The notes below the pieces were generated by a model. The model saw only the letters and a list, made by a program, of their open reading frames with translations. It searched no databases and was not told where the DNA came from. Of a stretch of 36,279 nucleotides of DNA, positions 26,807 to 35,243 are shown piece after piece. The stretch comes from an uncultured Gammaproteobacteria bacterium (GTDB taxonomy: Bacteria > Patescibacteriota > Patescibacteriia > JACRDY01), in the NCBI GenBank assembly GCA_964364745.1, contig CAYINJ010000002.1, forward strand, positions 1-36,279. The letters run 5' to 3'. The translations under genes were made by a program, and so were the position numbers. The stretch's first letter is position 1, and each line of letters starts with the position of its first letter.

Positions 26807-27292
26807 TTATAACTTAAAGAGCCGCTCGACTGCGTGCGAAACCGGCTCGTCAGTCCGGTCCAGGTCTTCATCGATGTAGTCCAGGAGTAACTGCCGAACC
26901 GCCACTGGGTCTTGGCCTTGCAGCGGTATATGGAGTCGGGGTTGCCAAAAACTCTTAGGGTTGATCAGTAAGAGTTCAACCTCTGGCGGATCATAGACCA
27001 CCGAAAAGTCAGTTAGTTCGGCGAAGGGATAAAACCAACTCCCCAGCCGCACCCCGGTTTCATAGACCCCAAAGGTCAGCTCGGTCGGCACCGTGGTGTG
27101 GCGCAAGAACAATACTACCGCCGTCAAAATTATAATGATGGCAAACAGGAAATTCGTCACTACCACGGAGTAGATCAGGAGTGACAATGCCACCAGACCA
27201 GCGACGGCATACCACCCCTGGTTTCGTTGATGTTGGAGGAATTCCGGGAAATGCCAAGTGATCAGTTTTTTGCCGTATGATTTGTCAGTCAT
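26807..27292 (-). CDS. Hypothetical membrane protein (two TM helices plus a soluble C-terminal domain)
   Basis: ATG at 27292 (MTDKSYGKKLITWHFPEF...). The longer ORF-track start at 27352 would overlap the tRNA promoter. Hydrophobic segments WYAVAGLVALSLLIYSVVV and FLFAIIIILTAVVLFL. Confidence 0.7.
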   Translation of the reverse strand: MTDKSYGKKLITWHFPEFLQHQRNQGWYAVAGLVALSLLIYSVVVTNFLFAIIIILTAVVLFLRHTTVPTELTFGVYETGVRLGSWFYPFAELTDFSVVYDPPEVELLLINPKSFWQPRLHIPLQGQDPVAVRQLLLDYIDEDLDRTDEPVSHAVERLFKL

Positions 27293-27302
27293 AGCTATTT
27301 CA

Positions 27303-27331
27303 TTGACATTACTCGATAAAAACCGTATACT
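27303..27331 (+). promoter_or_regulatory. Sigma70-type promoter for the tRNA-Ser pair
   Basis: TTGACA (27303-27308), a 17-nt spacer and TATACT (27326-27331), about 60 nt upstream of tRNA-Ser(UGA). Confidence 0.6.
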
Positions 27332-27399
27332 ACCACCGTTCTTTTGCCTCACCTGGAGAGATGGCTTGCGCCCTCATTAGATTAGATCCATGAACATTT

Positions 27400-27488
27400 G
27401 GAGAGATGGCTGAGTGGTTGAAGGCGGCGGTCTTGAAAACCGTTATCCCGTGCAAACGGGGTCGTGGGTTCGAATCCCACTCTCTCCG
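27400..27488 (+). tRNA. tRNA-Ser (anticodon TGA)
   Basis: Class II tRNA. Acceptor stem GGAGAGA/TCTCTCC, anticodon loop CTTGAAA, long variable arm TATCCCGTGCAAACGGGGTC, and T-arm GTGGG TTCGAAT CCCAC. Confidence 0.93.
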
Positions 27489-27509
27489 AATCTCTCTGGG
27501 AAAATTTAG

Positions 27510-27600
27510 GGAAAGGTGGCCGAGTGGCTGAAGGCGGCGGTTTGCTAAACCGCTATAGGGTGTTAAAGCCCTATCGAGGGTTCGAATCCCTCCCTTTCCG
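27510..27600 (+). tRNA. tRNA-Ser (anticodon GCT)
   Basis: Class II tRNA. Acceptor stem GGAAAGG/CCTTTCC, anticodon loop TTGCTAA, long variable arm, and T-arm GAGGG TTCGAAT CCCTC. Confidence 0.93.
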
Positions 27601-27608
27601 ATGAAAGA

Positions 27609-27635
27609 CGCTTCTCAAGATTGAGGGGCGTTTTT
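27609..27635 (+). terminator. Intrinsic terminator after tRNA-Ser(GCU)
   Basis: cgcttctcaa (27609-27618) pairs with ttgaggggcg (27621-27630), including two G-U pairs. It is followed by ttttt (27631-27635). Confidence 0.6.
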
Positions 27636-27758
27636 CATTATTACTCCCATTTAAAGGTGCCGGGATTCGAAAGGCAGAAGCGAACAACGAGCGAAGCGAG
27701 GCAGTGAGCGATCGGCCTGAAGCGAGCAGGCGCGAGCTTCAGGCCGCTGCCCCGGACC

Positions 27759-27780
27759 CGAATCCCTCCCTTTCCGATGA
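27759..27780 (+). repeat. 22-bp exact duplicate of the 3' end of tRNA-Ser(GCU) plus 4 flanking nt
   Basis: cgaatccctccctttccgatga at 27759-27780 is identical to 27583-27604. Confidence 0.85.
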
Positions 27781-27783
27781 TAG

Positions 27784-27810
27784 GAGCTCCTCCTGGCGAG
27801 GAGCTTTTAT
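27784..27810 (+). terminator. Plus-strand terminator-like hairpin directly after the duplicated tRNA 3' end
   Basis: agctcctc / gaggagct stem with loop ctggc, followed by tttt. The T-run is on the plus strand even though the adjacent gene (sodA) is on the minus strand. Confidence 0.5.
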
Positions 27811-27822
27811 CATTATCCGCCA

Positions 27823-28404
27823 CTAGATCAATTTTACCACATTCCACCACGCGGCGACATAGTCCGCTCGCGCGCTCTGGTATTTCAGATAATAAGCGTG
27901 TTCCCAGACATCCAGCCCCAAGACCGGGGTGTGGCCTTGGAGGTAGGGGGAATCCTGGTTGGGCAAGCCATAGACCTGGAGTTTGCCGGCCGCGTCCCGC
28001 GCCAGCCAGGCCCAACCACTGCCGAAGAGATTGACCGCCGTTTGGCTAAACTGCTCCTTAAACGTGGCGACACTGCCAAACGTCTTAACCAACTCGGCCT
28101 GGAGTCCCGCGTCAGGGACATTGCTCGGGTTCATCCATTGCCAAAACAGCGAGTGATTTAAGTGTCCTCCACCGTGATTCTGAAGCGGTTTCTTCTCCGC
28201 TGGATCAATGGCTAGCGTCGGTAGTTGCCGCAACAGGTCTGGCAGAGTCAGCGCCCCTAATTCCAGATGTTTTTCCAGGGCCGCGTTCAGCTTAGTGACG
28301 TAGGCCTGATGATGCTTGGTATGATGAATTTCCATCGTCGGAGCGTCGATAAACGGCTCCAGCGCGTCGTAAGCGTAAGATAGCTTTGGTAGTTCGTGAG
28401 GCAT
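27823..28404 (-). CDS. sodA: Fe/Mn superoxide dismutase
   Basis: MPHELPKLSYAYDALEPFIDAPTMEIHHTKHHQAYV...DVWEHAYYLKYQ, with the canonical metal-ligand motifs. Confidence 0.95.
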   Translation of the reverse strand: MPHELPKLSYAYDALEPFIDAPTMEIHHTKHHQAYVTKLNAALEKHLELGALTLPDLLRQLPTLAIDPAEKKPLQNHGGGHLNHSLFWQWMNPSNVPDAGLQAELVKTFGSVATFKEQFSQTAVNLFGSGWAWLARDAAGKLQVYGLPNQDSPYLQGHTPVLGLDVWEHAYYLKYQSARADYVAAWWNVVKLI

Positions 28405-28416
28405 ATCTGGTGAGGA

Positions 28417-29058
28417 TTATGAATCGGTCGTGGATCCGTGAGCAATCGCCGCGACGCCGATCCAGTGAGCGCCGCGGGCGCGAAGTGTTTGAGTTACTGC
28501 CGTCATGGTCGCGCCAGTGGTGACCACATCATCAACTAACAGAATTCGGTCCGGTGGCGGGGCGGTAATTGTAAAGGCATCAGCGACATTGGCGAAACGA
28601 CGGTCGCGGTCCAACGTCGTTTGGCTGCTGGTGAAGCGCTGACGGCGGACCAGCCGATCTTGATATGGCCAATGATGGCGACGAGCCAATTCTTGAGCAA
28701 TCGCCCCGGCTTGATTGTAGCCCCGCCAACGGTGTCGCCGGCGATGGAGCGGTATCGGCACGACAGTTGTCACTGGCCGATCCGGAATTATTTCGGCCAA
28801 GAGTCCACCTAGTGAGCGGGCGGCCGCCGAGATGAACTGATACTTGGCGGCGCGGATCAGTGTGGCTAACAGCGGGTCGGCATATTGGCCCAGTAGATAA
28901 ACGGCGTCAACGCCCGCCAATTCAATCCCCGGTGCCGGCCGGTTGGTCGCCTGCCACCGCTCGTGACACCGCGGACAAACCACTCCTTGGTCCCAAGCCC
29001 CACAGCCAAAACAGCTGACCGGAAAGATAAGCTGGCTGATTGATGATCCTAGTGACAT
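28417..29058 (-). CDS. comF: ComF family protein (phosphoribosyltransferase-like competence protein)
   Basis: N-terminal Cys4 zinc finger (CFGCGAW...CPRCH) and PRTase motif ILLVDDVVTTGATM. Confidence 0.85.
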   Translation of the reverse strand: MSLGSSISQLIFPVSCFGCGAWDQGVVCPRCHERWQATNRPAPGIELAGVDAVYLLGQYADPLLATLIRAAKYQFISAAARSLGGLLAEIIPDRPVTTVVPIPLHRRRHRWRGYNQAGAIAQELARRHHWPYQDRLVRRQRFTSSQTTLDRDRRFANVADAFTITAPPPDRILLVDDVVTTGATMTAVTQTLRARGAHWIGVAAIAHGSTTDS

Positions 29059-29115
29059 ACTGCCTTTCAGTATGCCACCAGCCAGCTAAAAAATTTCTAA
29101 AGTGCCAAAGAGACG

Positions 29116-29700
29116 CTATTGCCAATAGGCCCCGTCCACCAGCCATGACTGGCCGGCCGTTACGAAATCAAGCCGTAAATCCTGATTAATCACCTGGTCT
29201 GGTTGGCCATTCTGGCTGGTTCGTCGCTGGGTGTGGACCAAAATCGTCGCTGCCGTCCCACTCATCGTCACCGCTTCGGTCGCCAGCGCCCGTGTTGACA
29301 CGACGATGTTTTGATCGGCGGTTTTGGCGATCTGGGTTTGGATATAACCGTCTGACCACTGCCGCATCGACTCGGTCATCATCGGTTGCACTTCACGGAT
29401 ATTCCGAAAATTGGCGGTACTAGCATAGCTGCCGAAGCGTTCGGCGAAAGTCATCGCTAGACGCTCAACGCTGATTTGCTGCTGCTGGCTTTCCGTTAGC
29501 GTCGGCGTGTTCGCCGTGGTGACGATGTCTTCCCCGCTGCGACCATCAATTACCAATCGGTTGGCCGCCGTGACGGTGTTTTGGGTGGTGGTGGCCAACT
29601 CGGGAGTAGCGGCCCGTTGCCACCAGAAAATCACGCCGACCACGATCACCAAGATCACGACCACACCACCGAGAATCAACATTAATTTTTGACGGTCCAT
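29116..29700 (-). CDS. Membrane-anchored hypothetical protein, possible VirB8/ConB-like (NTF2-like) T4SS component
   Basis: N-terminal TM helix LMLILGGVVVILVIVVGVIFWW, then a domain of about 150 aa with a helix-then-beta pattern. It lies 12 nt downstream of the virB4-like gene. The fold assignment is a guess from position and size. Confidence 0.6.
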   Translation of the reverse strand: MDRQKLMLILGGVVVILVIVVGVIFWWQRAATPELATTTQNTVTAANRLVIDGRSGEDIVTTANTPTLTESQQQQISVERLAMTFAERFGSYASTANFRNIREVQPMMTESMRQWSDGYIQTQIAKTADQNIVVSTRALATEAVTMSGTAATILVHTQRRTSQNGQPDQVINQDLRLDFVTAGQSWLVDGAYWQ

Positions 29701-29712
29701 AAATTATGATGG

Positions 29713-31575
29713 TTAAATGGCGGCGTCCGGAATCGCTCCCGGCGCGGCCGGCTGTCCTTGCTCGGCGGCAAATTGTTCTTTGGCCGCTTGGATTTCCAAT
29801 AATTGTTGGGGGTTGGTAGTGATCAGTTGATCTTCGTTCGGTGAAGCCACCACTTCGATGGCCGCGTGTTTATTGCCAGCGAAGAAAATCCCCTGCCCGA
29901 CGGCCGACTCCAGCAATAGATACTTTTCCCCTTCGGTTAACAAAAATGTTTTTTGGACTCGATCAATCGACGCCGGTGACTGCTTCATCAACAGCTGTAG
30001 CGCCGAGTTGTTGACGATCGCTTGGCCGTAGGGCGAAAGTAAAAAGTCATTGACATCTTGGGTGATAGTGGTGACGCCGAGATAGTACTTGCGGCAGCGT
30101 TTGACCAAGGCATAGATAAACTTGGCCGAGTCCTCTTGTTGCATCAACCACCAGGCCTCATCGATGATCAACAGTCGCTTTTTGCTCTGGGACCGAACGA
30201 CGTTCCAAATGTAGTTGACGAGGTTATAGATCGCCAGCGGCCGGAGCTCGTCTTCGAGATCGCGGACCGAAAAACAAACCAACTGGTTGTCCATGTCAAC
30301 GTTAGTCGGCCGATTCAGCAGCCCGGCAAAGGTGCCTTCGGTATGCTTTTTCAGTCGCAGCGCGACGTTGGCGCCGCCCTCCATCCCCTCCAAAATATCA
30401 ACTAAATCCTGCATAATTGGCGGCTCGACCGTCGCCAAATCCGACTCGGGAGTGATATCTTTTTTGGCGTAGGTCTCCAGCAGCGCCCGGTCCACGATCG
30501 AGTCCTCTTCGGCCGTCAGCGAACCGACCATCAGTCGCACCAACCCCTTGACGGTGATGACGGCGCTGCGAATAATATCTTCGACCGTGAAATCCTTGTC
30601 CACCGGCCGCGGCAGGTCAAAGGGGTTGACTTTACTGTCGGAGGCCAGCGAAATGTTGATGTAAGTACCACCGACGGCCTCACACAGCCGCTGGTATTCT
30701 TTTTCCGGATCAATCACGATAATGTCAGTCCCCAGCATCAAGCTGCGCAAGATCTCCAGTTTAACCGTGTAGCTCTTGCCGGCGCCGGCCGTGGCAAAGA
30801 CCACCATGTTGGCGTTTTGGAGTGAGAAGCGGTCGAACAGAATTAAGCTGTTATTGTGGCGGTTGATGCCGTATAAAATACCGTTATTTGATGACAATTC
30901 AAAGGAGATAAAGGGAAATGACGAGGCAGCCGGTGATGTATTCATGTTGAAAACGACAGTGAGTTCATCTCGGCCGAGCGGCAAAGTGGAAGTAAACCCT
31001 TGTTCGGCCTGATAGAGCACATTGCGCGAGTAGACCAGCTTCGAGCCAAAAATGTCTTCAAGGTTGCGGGTGCGATCTTCAAGTTGTTCGAGGGTGTCGG
31101 CGTACAGCGTGACGTACAAAGCATACTGAAAGAAGTGCTCGATACCTTGGGTCAAGTCATCGCGCAGTTTTTCGATGTCTTGTAGCGCCGTTTCCCGCAA
31201 GGGATCGCGCGGCGCGCCTTTTTCCCGGTCGGCACTCAATTCGGCTTCTAAATTCCCGGCTCGTTTCTTGAGATCTTTTAAGATCGCGCCGGCCTTGACC
31301 GGATAGAAATGCATGGCAATATCAATCGGCGTCGGGAAGTTGATGATCGGCACGAACCAACCGACGGCAATATAGCGCGGATAGGTAATGACAAACGCCG
31401 TCCGGACATATTTGTTGCCCAGCCGGACATAAGTCGACTGAATATCCATCGCCGATGGCGCGATCAGGTCAATGATCGAGATCGTGCCGGCGCGATAGCG
31501 CTGCTCTTCGATCAGCGCTTCTTTACCGATCGCGACCGTGGCGTCGACAGCGGGTTTTTTAGTAAATAAGGCCAT
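29713..31575 (-). CDS. virB4: VirB4-family type IV secretion ATPase (Gram-positive/TrsE-like type)
   Basis: 620 aa. Walker A VVFATAGAGKSYTV, Walker B RLLIIDEAWW, and the N-terminal VirB4 domain pattern (YVRTAFVITYPRYIAVGWFVPII). Confidence 0.9.
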   Translation of the reverse strand: MALFTKKPAVDATVAIGKEALIEEQRYRAGTISIIDLIAPSAMDIQSTYVRLGNKYVRTAFVITYPRYIAVGWFVPIINFPTPIDIAMHFYPVKAGAILKDLKKRAGNLEAELSADREKGAPRDPLRETALQDIEKLRDDLTQGIEHFFQYALYVTLYADTLEQLEDRTRNLEDIFGSKLVYSRNVLYQAEQGFTSTLPLGRDELTVVFNMNTSPAASSFPFISFELSSNNGILYGINRHNNSLILFDRFSLQNANMVVFATAGAGKSYTVKLEILRSLMLGTDIIVIDPEKEYQRLCEAVGGTYINISLASDSKVNPFDLPRPVDKDFTVEDIIRSAVITVKGLVRLMVGSLTAEEDSIVDRALLETYAKKDITPESDLATVEPPIMQDLVDILEGMEGGANVALRLKKHTEGTFAGLLNRPTNVDMDNQLVCFSVRDLEDELRPLAIYNLVNYIWNVVRSQSKKRLLIIDEAWWLMQQEDSAKFIYALVKRCRKYYLGVTTITQDVNDFLLSPYGQAIVNNSALQLLMKQSPASIDRVQKTFLLTEGEKYLLLESAVGQGIFFAGNKHAAIEVVASPNEDQLITTNPQQLLEIQAAKEQFAAEQGQPAAPGAIPDAAI

Positions 31576-31578
31576 AGA

Positions 31579-32277
31579 TTAACCACTAAGCTGAATCTTG
31601 CCCACGGCCGCTAACGGTTCTTGTTCGGAAGTGTCGGGGTTGTATGAGTTGTAGTACAGCTCAATCAGCCCTTGGGTGTCGAGTCGGGTGGCCGATAACC
31701 CCACTGATCCCAGCCCATTAGCTGTCTGCCCCACTCGCTGTTCTAGTTCTTTCATCCGTTGCTCAAACTTTTTGGCACTTAATTTTACCAGCGACGCCGG
31801 CGTAAATAACTCTTGGAGTCGGGACCAAAAACTCCGCTGTTTATCGGAGAGCGGATCGTACGGCACGACAACATAGAACCGCTTGGTCATGATGTCGCCT
31901 AAGCTGATCAGCTCACCGACGTACTGGCGGTAGTCGCTGATTTGATTGCGCAACAATTCATTGCTTTGTTCCTTTTCTATTTTTTCCAAATTTTGCAAAT
32001 AGGGAGTGATGTCGGTTTTCCGTGACTGGACGACAATTTGCAGCGGGTAATTCAAGGAGTTCAAAAACCCCATGTAAGCGCTAATGATCGCCTCTTGTTC
32101 ACCGGTCGACTTCAGCGCGAAGTTGATACTAGACACCATCAGTACGCCCCGCAGAGTGCCGTCGCGCATGACGACCGTACTGTTGCGAATTTCCGCGATC
32201 GGCAAGCTGCGTTGGGTCGCGGGGTATTTACTTTTTGGTTTTGACGCCATAATTGTTTGATTGGTCGTCGAGCTCAT
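31579..32277 (-). CDS. Hypothetical soluble protein resembling a stand-alone VirB4 N-terminal domain (no ATPase motifs)
   Basis: 232 aa. IAEIRNSTVVMRDGTLRGVLMVSSINFALKSTGEQEAIISAYMGFLNSLNYPLQIVVQSRK follows the N-domain pattern of VirB4/TrbE proteins, with no Walker A. The stop is 3 nt before the virB4 start. An alternative ATG lies at 32250. Confidence 0.7.
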   Translation of the reverse strand: MSSTTNQTIMASKPKSKYPATQRSLPIAEIRNSTVVMRDGTLRGVLMVSSINFALKSTGEQEAIISAYMGFLNSLNYPLQIVVQSRKTDITPYLQNLEKIEKEQSNELLRNQISDYRQYVGELISLGDIMTKRFYVVVPYDPLSDKQRSFWSRLQELFTPASLVKLSAKKFEQRMKELEQRVGQTANGLGSVGLSATRLDTQGLIELYYNSYNPDTSEQEPLAAVGKIQLSG

Positions 32278-32707
32278 GCGACGAGTAGGCCCCGCCAGTG
32301 TTGACTACCAGCGCCAGCTCGTCTAGCCGAGAGCGGGCGGCAAAATGTTTGACCGGGACCACCAGTTCTTTCGTTTCCTCAATCGCCGGGGCCAGCAATT
32401 CTTTAACTTCCACTGCCGTCAGTTGTTTATTCCACAGCCGGCGGCGGGAGCGCTTCAGGGTCTCCATGACATTGAGGAAAAAATAATGGAACGGGCGGCC
32501 GTTGACCTTGAGAAACGCCACGATGCCAAAAATACCAAAGGTCAGTACGCCGAAGATCACGAAGGCCCAAAAATCAAACAGCTTATACTCGGCGGCGATT
32601 AAGAGCATGCCGACTAACATAATAATAAACTGCCGGACCGTGATCGGCCCGATGATTTTCGGTTCGACATCAATGAATTGCGGGACTAGAAAATGATCAA
32701 GGGCCAT
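32228..32707 (-). CDS. PrgI-family (VirB3-like) small membrane protein
   Basis: FLVPQFIDVEPKIIGPITVRQFIIMLVGMLLIAAEY followed by a second TM helix FVIFGVLTFGIFGIVAFL. Typical PrgI architecture and typical position upstream of virB4. Confidence 0.75.
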   Translation of the reverse strand: MALDHFLVPQFIDVEPKIIGPITVRQFIIMLVGMLLIAAEYKLFDFWAFVIFGVLTFGIFGIVAFLKVNGRPFHYFFLNVMETLKRSRRRLWNKQLTAVEVKELLAPAIEETKELVVPVKHFAARSRLDELALVVNTGGAYSSHELDDQSNNYGVKTKK

Positions 32708-32717
32708 AGCCGTGTCT

Positions 32718-33803
32718 CTATTCTAACACGTTATTCAACTTCGCTAAAGCGGCAAATTCAGCGGCGGTCAGGGTTGGCTGCCTTGCGGCGGCTCGCGTCG
32801 CCAACACGGCTGGCAGCGGCTGACCCGTCTCGACGCTATCTTTACCAACCGCCAAATACAGGCGGTGGACTTCACTGGCCTGCCAAGCGGCAATAGCCGC
32901 GACCCGCTTCGGCCAGCCCTCACGTTCCAGTAGGTCAATTTTTCCTTTAATTTTTTCAGCGGCCCGAGCCGGATTGGCGTCCAGCGCGTGCCAATCGACC
33001 AGTCGAAATTGTCGTAACTCCTCAATTGGCCCGACCAACCGAACCCCCGGGCGAATATCAGTAAATTTGTCAGCCCGCGGCGCCAGCGGTCGACTCGGCC
33101 CTGGTGATGCCGTGGTCGGCGACATTGCTTTAGCCGGTCGTTGGAATCGCTTCGTCAGGCGGCCGAGCCAATTGGCTGCTTTGGCCGCCCCGGCGGTCGG
33201 TAGCGGTTGACTAATAAATGGCTGGCTCGTCGCTGGTGGCTGCGGCCTCAAACTAGCCACCGGCGGACTGACGGGCTGGCTGGTCGGCCGGGGCGGCCGA
33301 GCCGGTGGTCGACTGGTTAAAATCTGCACGGTGCGATCGACGGCGGCTGGCCGAACAGCGGGTGGTGGCGGCATCAATTCGTGCGCTAGTTCGGTCGGGG
33401 TAAACCGCGGTAACGGCCGAGGTGGTGTGGACGGTCCTGGCGCGTCGGTCGCTGACGATTCAGTTTTATCAATCAAAGTTAATATGGCTCCGGCCGCCGA
33501 CTCGGACAACCCCACTCCACCACTGACGGTCTCACGAACTAACAACTCCTTGGTTTGCCAACTAGTGCGAATCCCCTTCCAGTCAGCCAGCACCGCGTTT
33601 TTGAGCCGGCGATTCAGCAACTCATCCGTGATTGGCAACGACAGTTTCTTGATGGCTGACTCAAGTTCTTGCCAACGCTGCTCGTCCGCCGACCATCCCC
33701 CGGCTGGCTGACTGGCCGGCGGGGTTGGGTCCAAAAGCGAAAAATGTCCGCGAGGATCGCGGATTGGAATAGCGTCAAGATTATTCAAAATATCGTCGGC
33801 CAT
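32718..33803 (-). CDS. Hypothetical protein with central proline-rich linker
   Basis: ATG at 33803 (MADDILNNLDAIP...); the ORF-track TTG at 33854 would overlap the upstream gene. Contains a central PPRPLPRF...RPPARPPRPTSQPVSPP segment. No TM helix, no NTPase motif. Confidence 0.7.
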   Translation of the reverse strand: MADDILNNLDAIPIRDPRGHFSLLDPTPPASQPAGGWSADEQRWQELESAIKKLSLPITDELLNRRLKNAVLADWKGIRTSWQTKELLVRETVSGGVGLSESAAGAILTLIDKTESSATDAPGPSTPPRPLPRFTPTELAHELMPPPPAVRPAAVDRTVQILTSRPPARPPRPTSQPVSPPVASLRPQPPATSQPFISQPLPTAGAAKAANWLGRLTKRFQRPAKAMSPTTASPGPSRPLAPRADKFTDIRPGVRLVGPIEELRQFRLVDWHALDANPARAAEKIKGKIDLLEREGWPKRVAAIAAWQASEVHRLYLAVGKDSVETGQPLPAVLATRAAARQPTLTAAEFAALAKLNNVLE

Positions 33804-33816
33804 GGTTAGATGCGCT

Positions 33817-35235
33817 TTAGGCCTGCCACCGGAATTGATTTTTGGCCATGTCAAAGTAAGCCAGCTGTCGATACTGTTCCCGGCCGGCTCGGGCCAAACT
33901 ATTAGCCACTTTCAGGCCCAGCCGAGCCGCCTCGTCTTCGGCTAAGTGTAATTGCCCTTCGAAGATAGCTTCAAGAAATAGTCGTAACCAGCGCGGCGCG
34001 GTGGGATTGAGCCGGAATTGGCGAATATCTTCTGGCCGGTTTTGTTGGGTCAGGCCGGCCTCAATCACTAGGCCTAGGCCGGTGGGCTGGGCCACCGCAT
34101 CGCCGAGCGTGCCGAGTTCGGCGAGGGCCATAATTGCCGCCACCACTTCAATTTTGTCAGGGGATTTGCTTTTGGCTAATAAACCCAACTGCTCGGTTAG
34201 CTTGGCGCTGTCCCGTTGATTGGTGGCCAAGAGCTGCTGCTGGCGCTCGGCGATGGTCTGACTTTCAGTGGGGTCACCTTGATATCGCCGCATGATTTCC
34301 TCTCGGGGGATGATGGCTGGTGCTGGTGCTGCTCTGGGCGACAGCGGCACCGGGGCTGGCGGTCGGGTGACGACTGACCTAACCGCCGTAGCCGGTGACG
34401 GCGCAATCACCAACGGCGCTGGCGCCGCTAGCTGGCTAGTCGGAACTGATGGCTGGACTGGCGTTTGCATCCGGGTCATTTCTTCATCAACCAAGCGAGC
34501 AATTTTGCCGTCGGGGTCAACTTTTTCCAGGCCGCCTTCTCGATATTCATAAAGATTGCCTTCGACATCAGAGGTAAACAGCACGTCTTCGTTGCCGGCC
34601 GGGGTCAAGGAAGAAAACTTTAACTCTTCATAAAGGTTAAATAGCCCTTCGACCATGGTGCGTTCGGCGGCAGGCAGTTTATTGAAAGTCAGGTGTTTGG
34701 TCAGCCAATCACGGTAAGCCAGCTCATCAGCCGGTTTGGCGCCAAAGGTCTCGACGTATTCTTCCAGCCAATGCTTGACCGTCGGCGTAACCGTTTGGTT
34801 ATCAACGTGTTGGATCGCCAGCGTGGTTAACACTTCATTATTATTCAGCAGCGCGTCGCGCAATTGACCACGATATCGGTCACGTTCCTCGATGAACAAT
34901 TCGCTTCGCAGGCGGTTTTTCATTTTGTCGGCCACGGTAAACCCGCCATCCGCTTCCGCCCGCAAACCGGCGACCAGCTGCTCTTTGAACAACGCCAACA
35001 CTTCATTCCACGGGATGGCTGTCAGCGCCACCCACTTCACTGGCGGCAGGAGTGCCTGGTATTGGGCATAGACATCTGGCGCTTGCTCCGCGACCCGCTG
35101 CAGGCGCAGCAACTGACCGAGATATTTCAATAAATCAACCGCTTGGCTGACATCGTCAGCCGCGACAATATCCGCCGCCATTTTTTGAACGCGGTCTTGA
35201 TTGGTTTGATCAGTTAAAATAAATGGCGTAACCAT
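33817..35235 (-). CDS. Hypothetical protein with Pro/Ala-rich linker
   Basis: 472-aa ORF with ATG at 35235 and a tight operon junction on both sides. No recognisable motifs and no TM helix. Confidence 0.75.
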   Translation of the reverse strand: MVTPFILTDQTNQDRVQKMAADIVAADDVSQAVDLLKYLGQLLRLQRVAEQAPDVYAQYQALLPPVKWVALTAIPWNEVLALFKEQLVAGLRAEADGGFTVADKMKNRLRSELFIEERDRYRGQLRDALLNNNEVLTTLAIQHVDNQTVTPTVKHWLEEYVETFGAKPADELAYRDWLTKHLTFNKLPAAERTMVEGLFNLYEELKFSSLTPAGNEDVLFTSDVEGNLYEYREGGLEKVDPDGKIARLVDEEMTRMQTPVQPSVPTSQLAAPAPLVIAPSPATAVRSVVTRPPAPVPLSPRAAPAPAIIPREEIMRRYQGDPTESQTIAERQQQLLATNQRDSAKLTEQLGLLAKSKSPDKIEVVAAIMALAELGTLGDAVAQPTGLGLVIEAGLTQQNRPEDIRQFRLNPTAPRWLRLFLEAIFEGQLHLAEDEAARLGLKVANSLARAGREQYRQLAYFDMAKNQFRWQA

Positions 35236-35243
35236 ACGTCAGC

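Noticed and set aside
27641-28034. ORFs 27641-28015 (-), 27777-28034 (+), 27885-28121 (-) and 27898-28161 (+).
   Set aside because: They overlap sodA in other frames or run across the repeat and duplicated tRNA end. The translations are Arg/Pro/Gly-rich nonsense.
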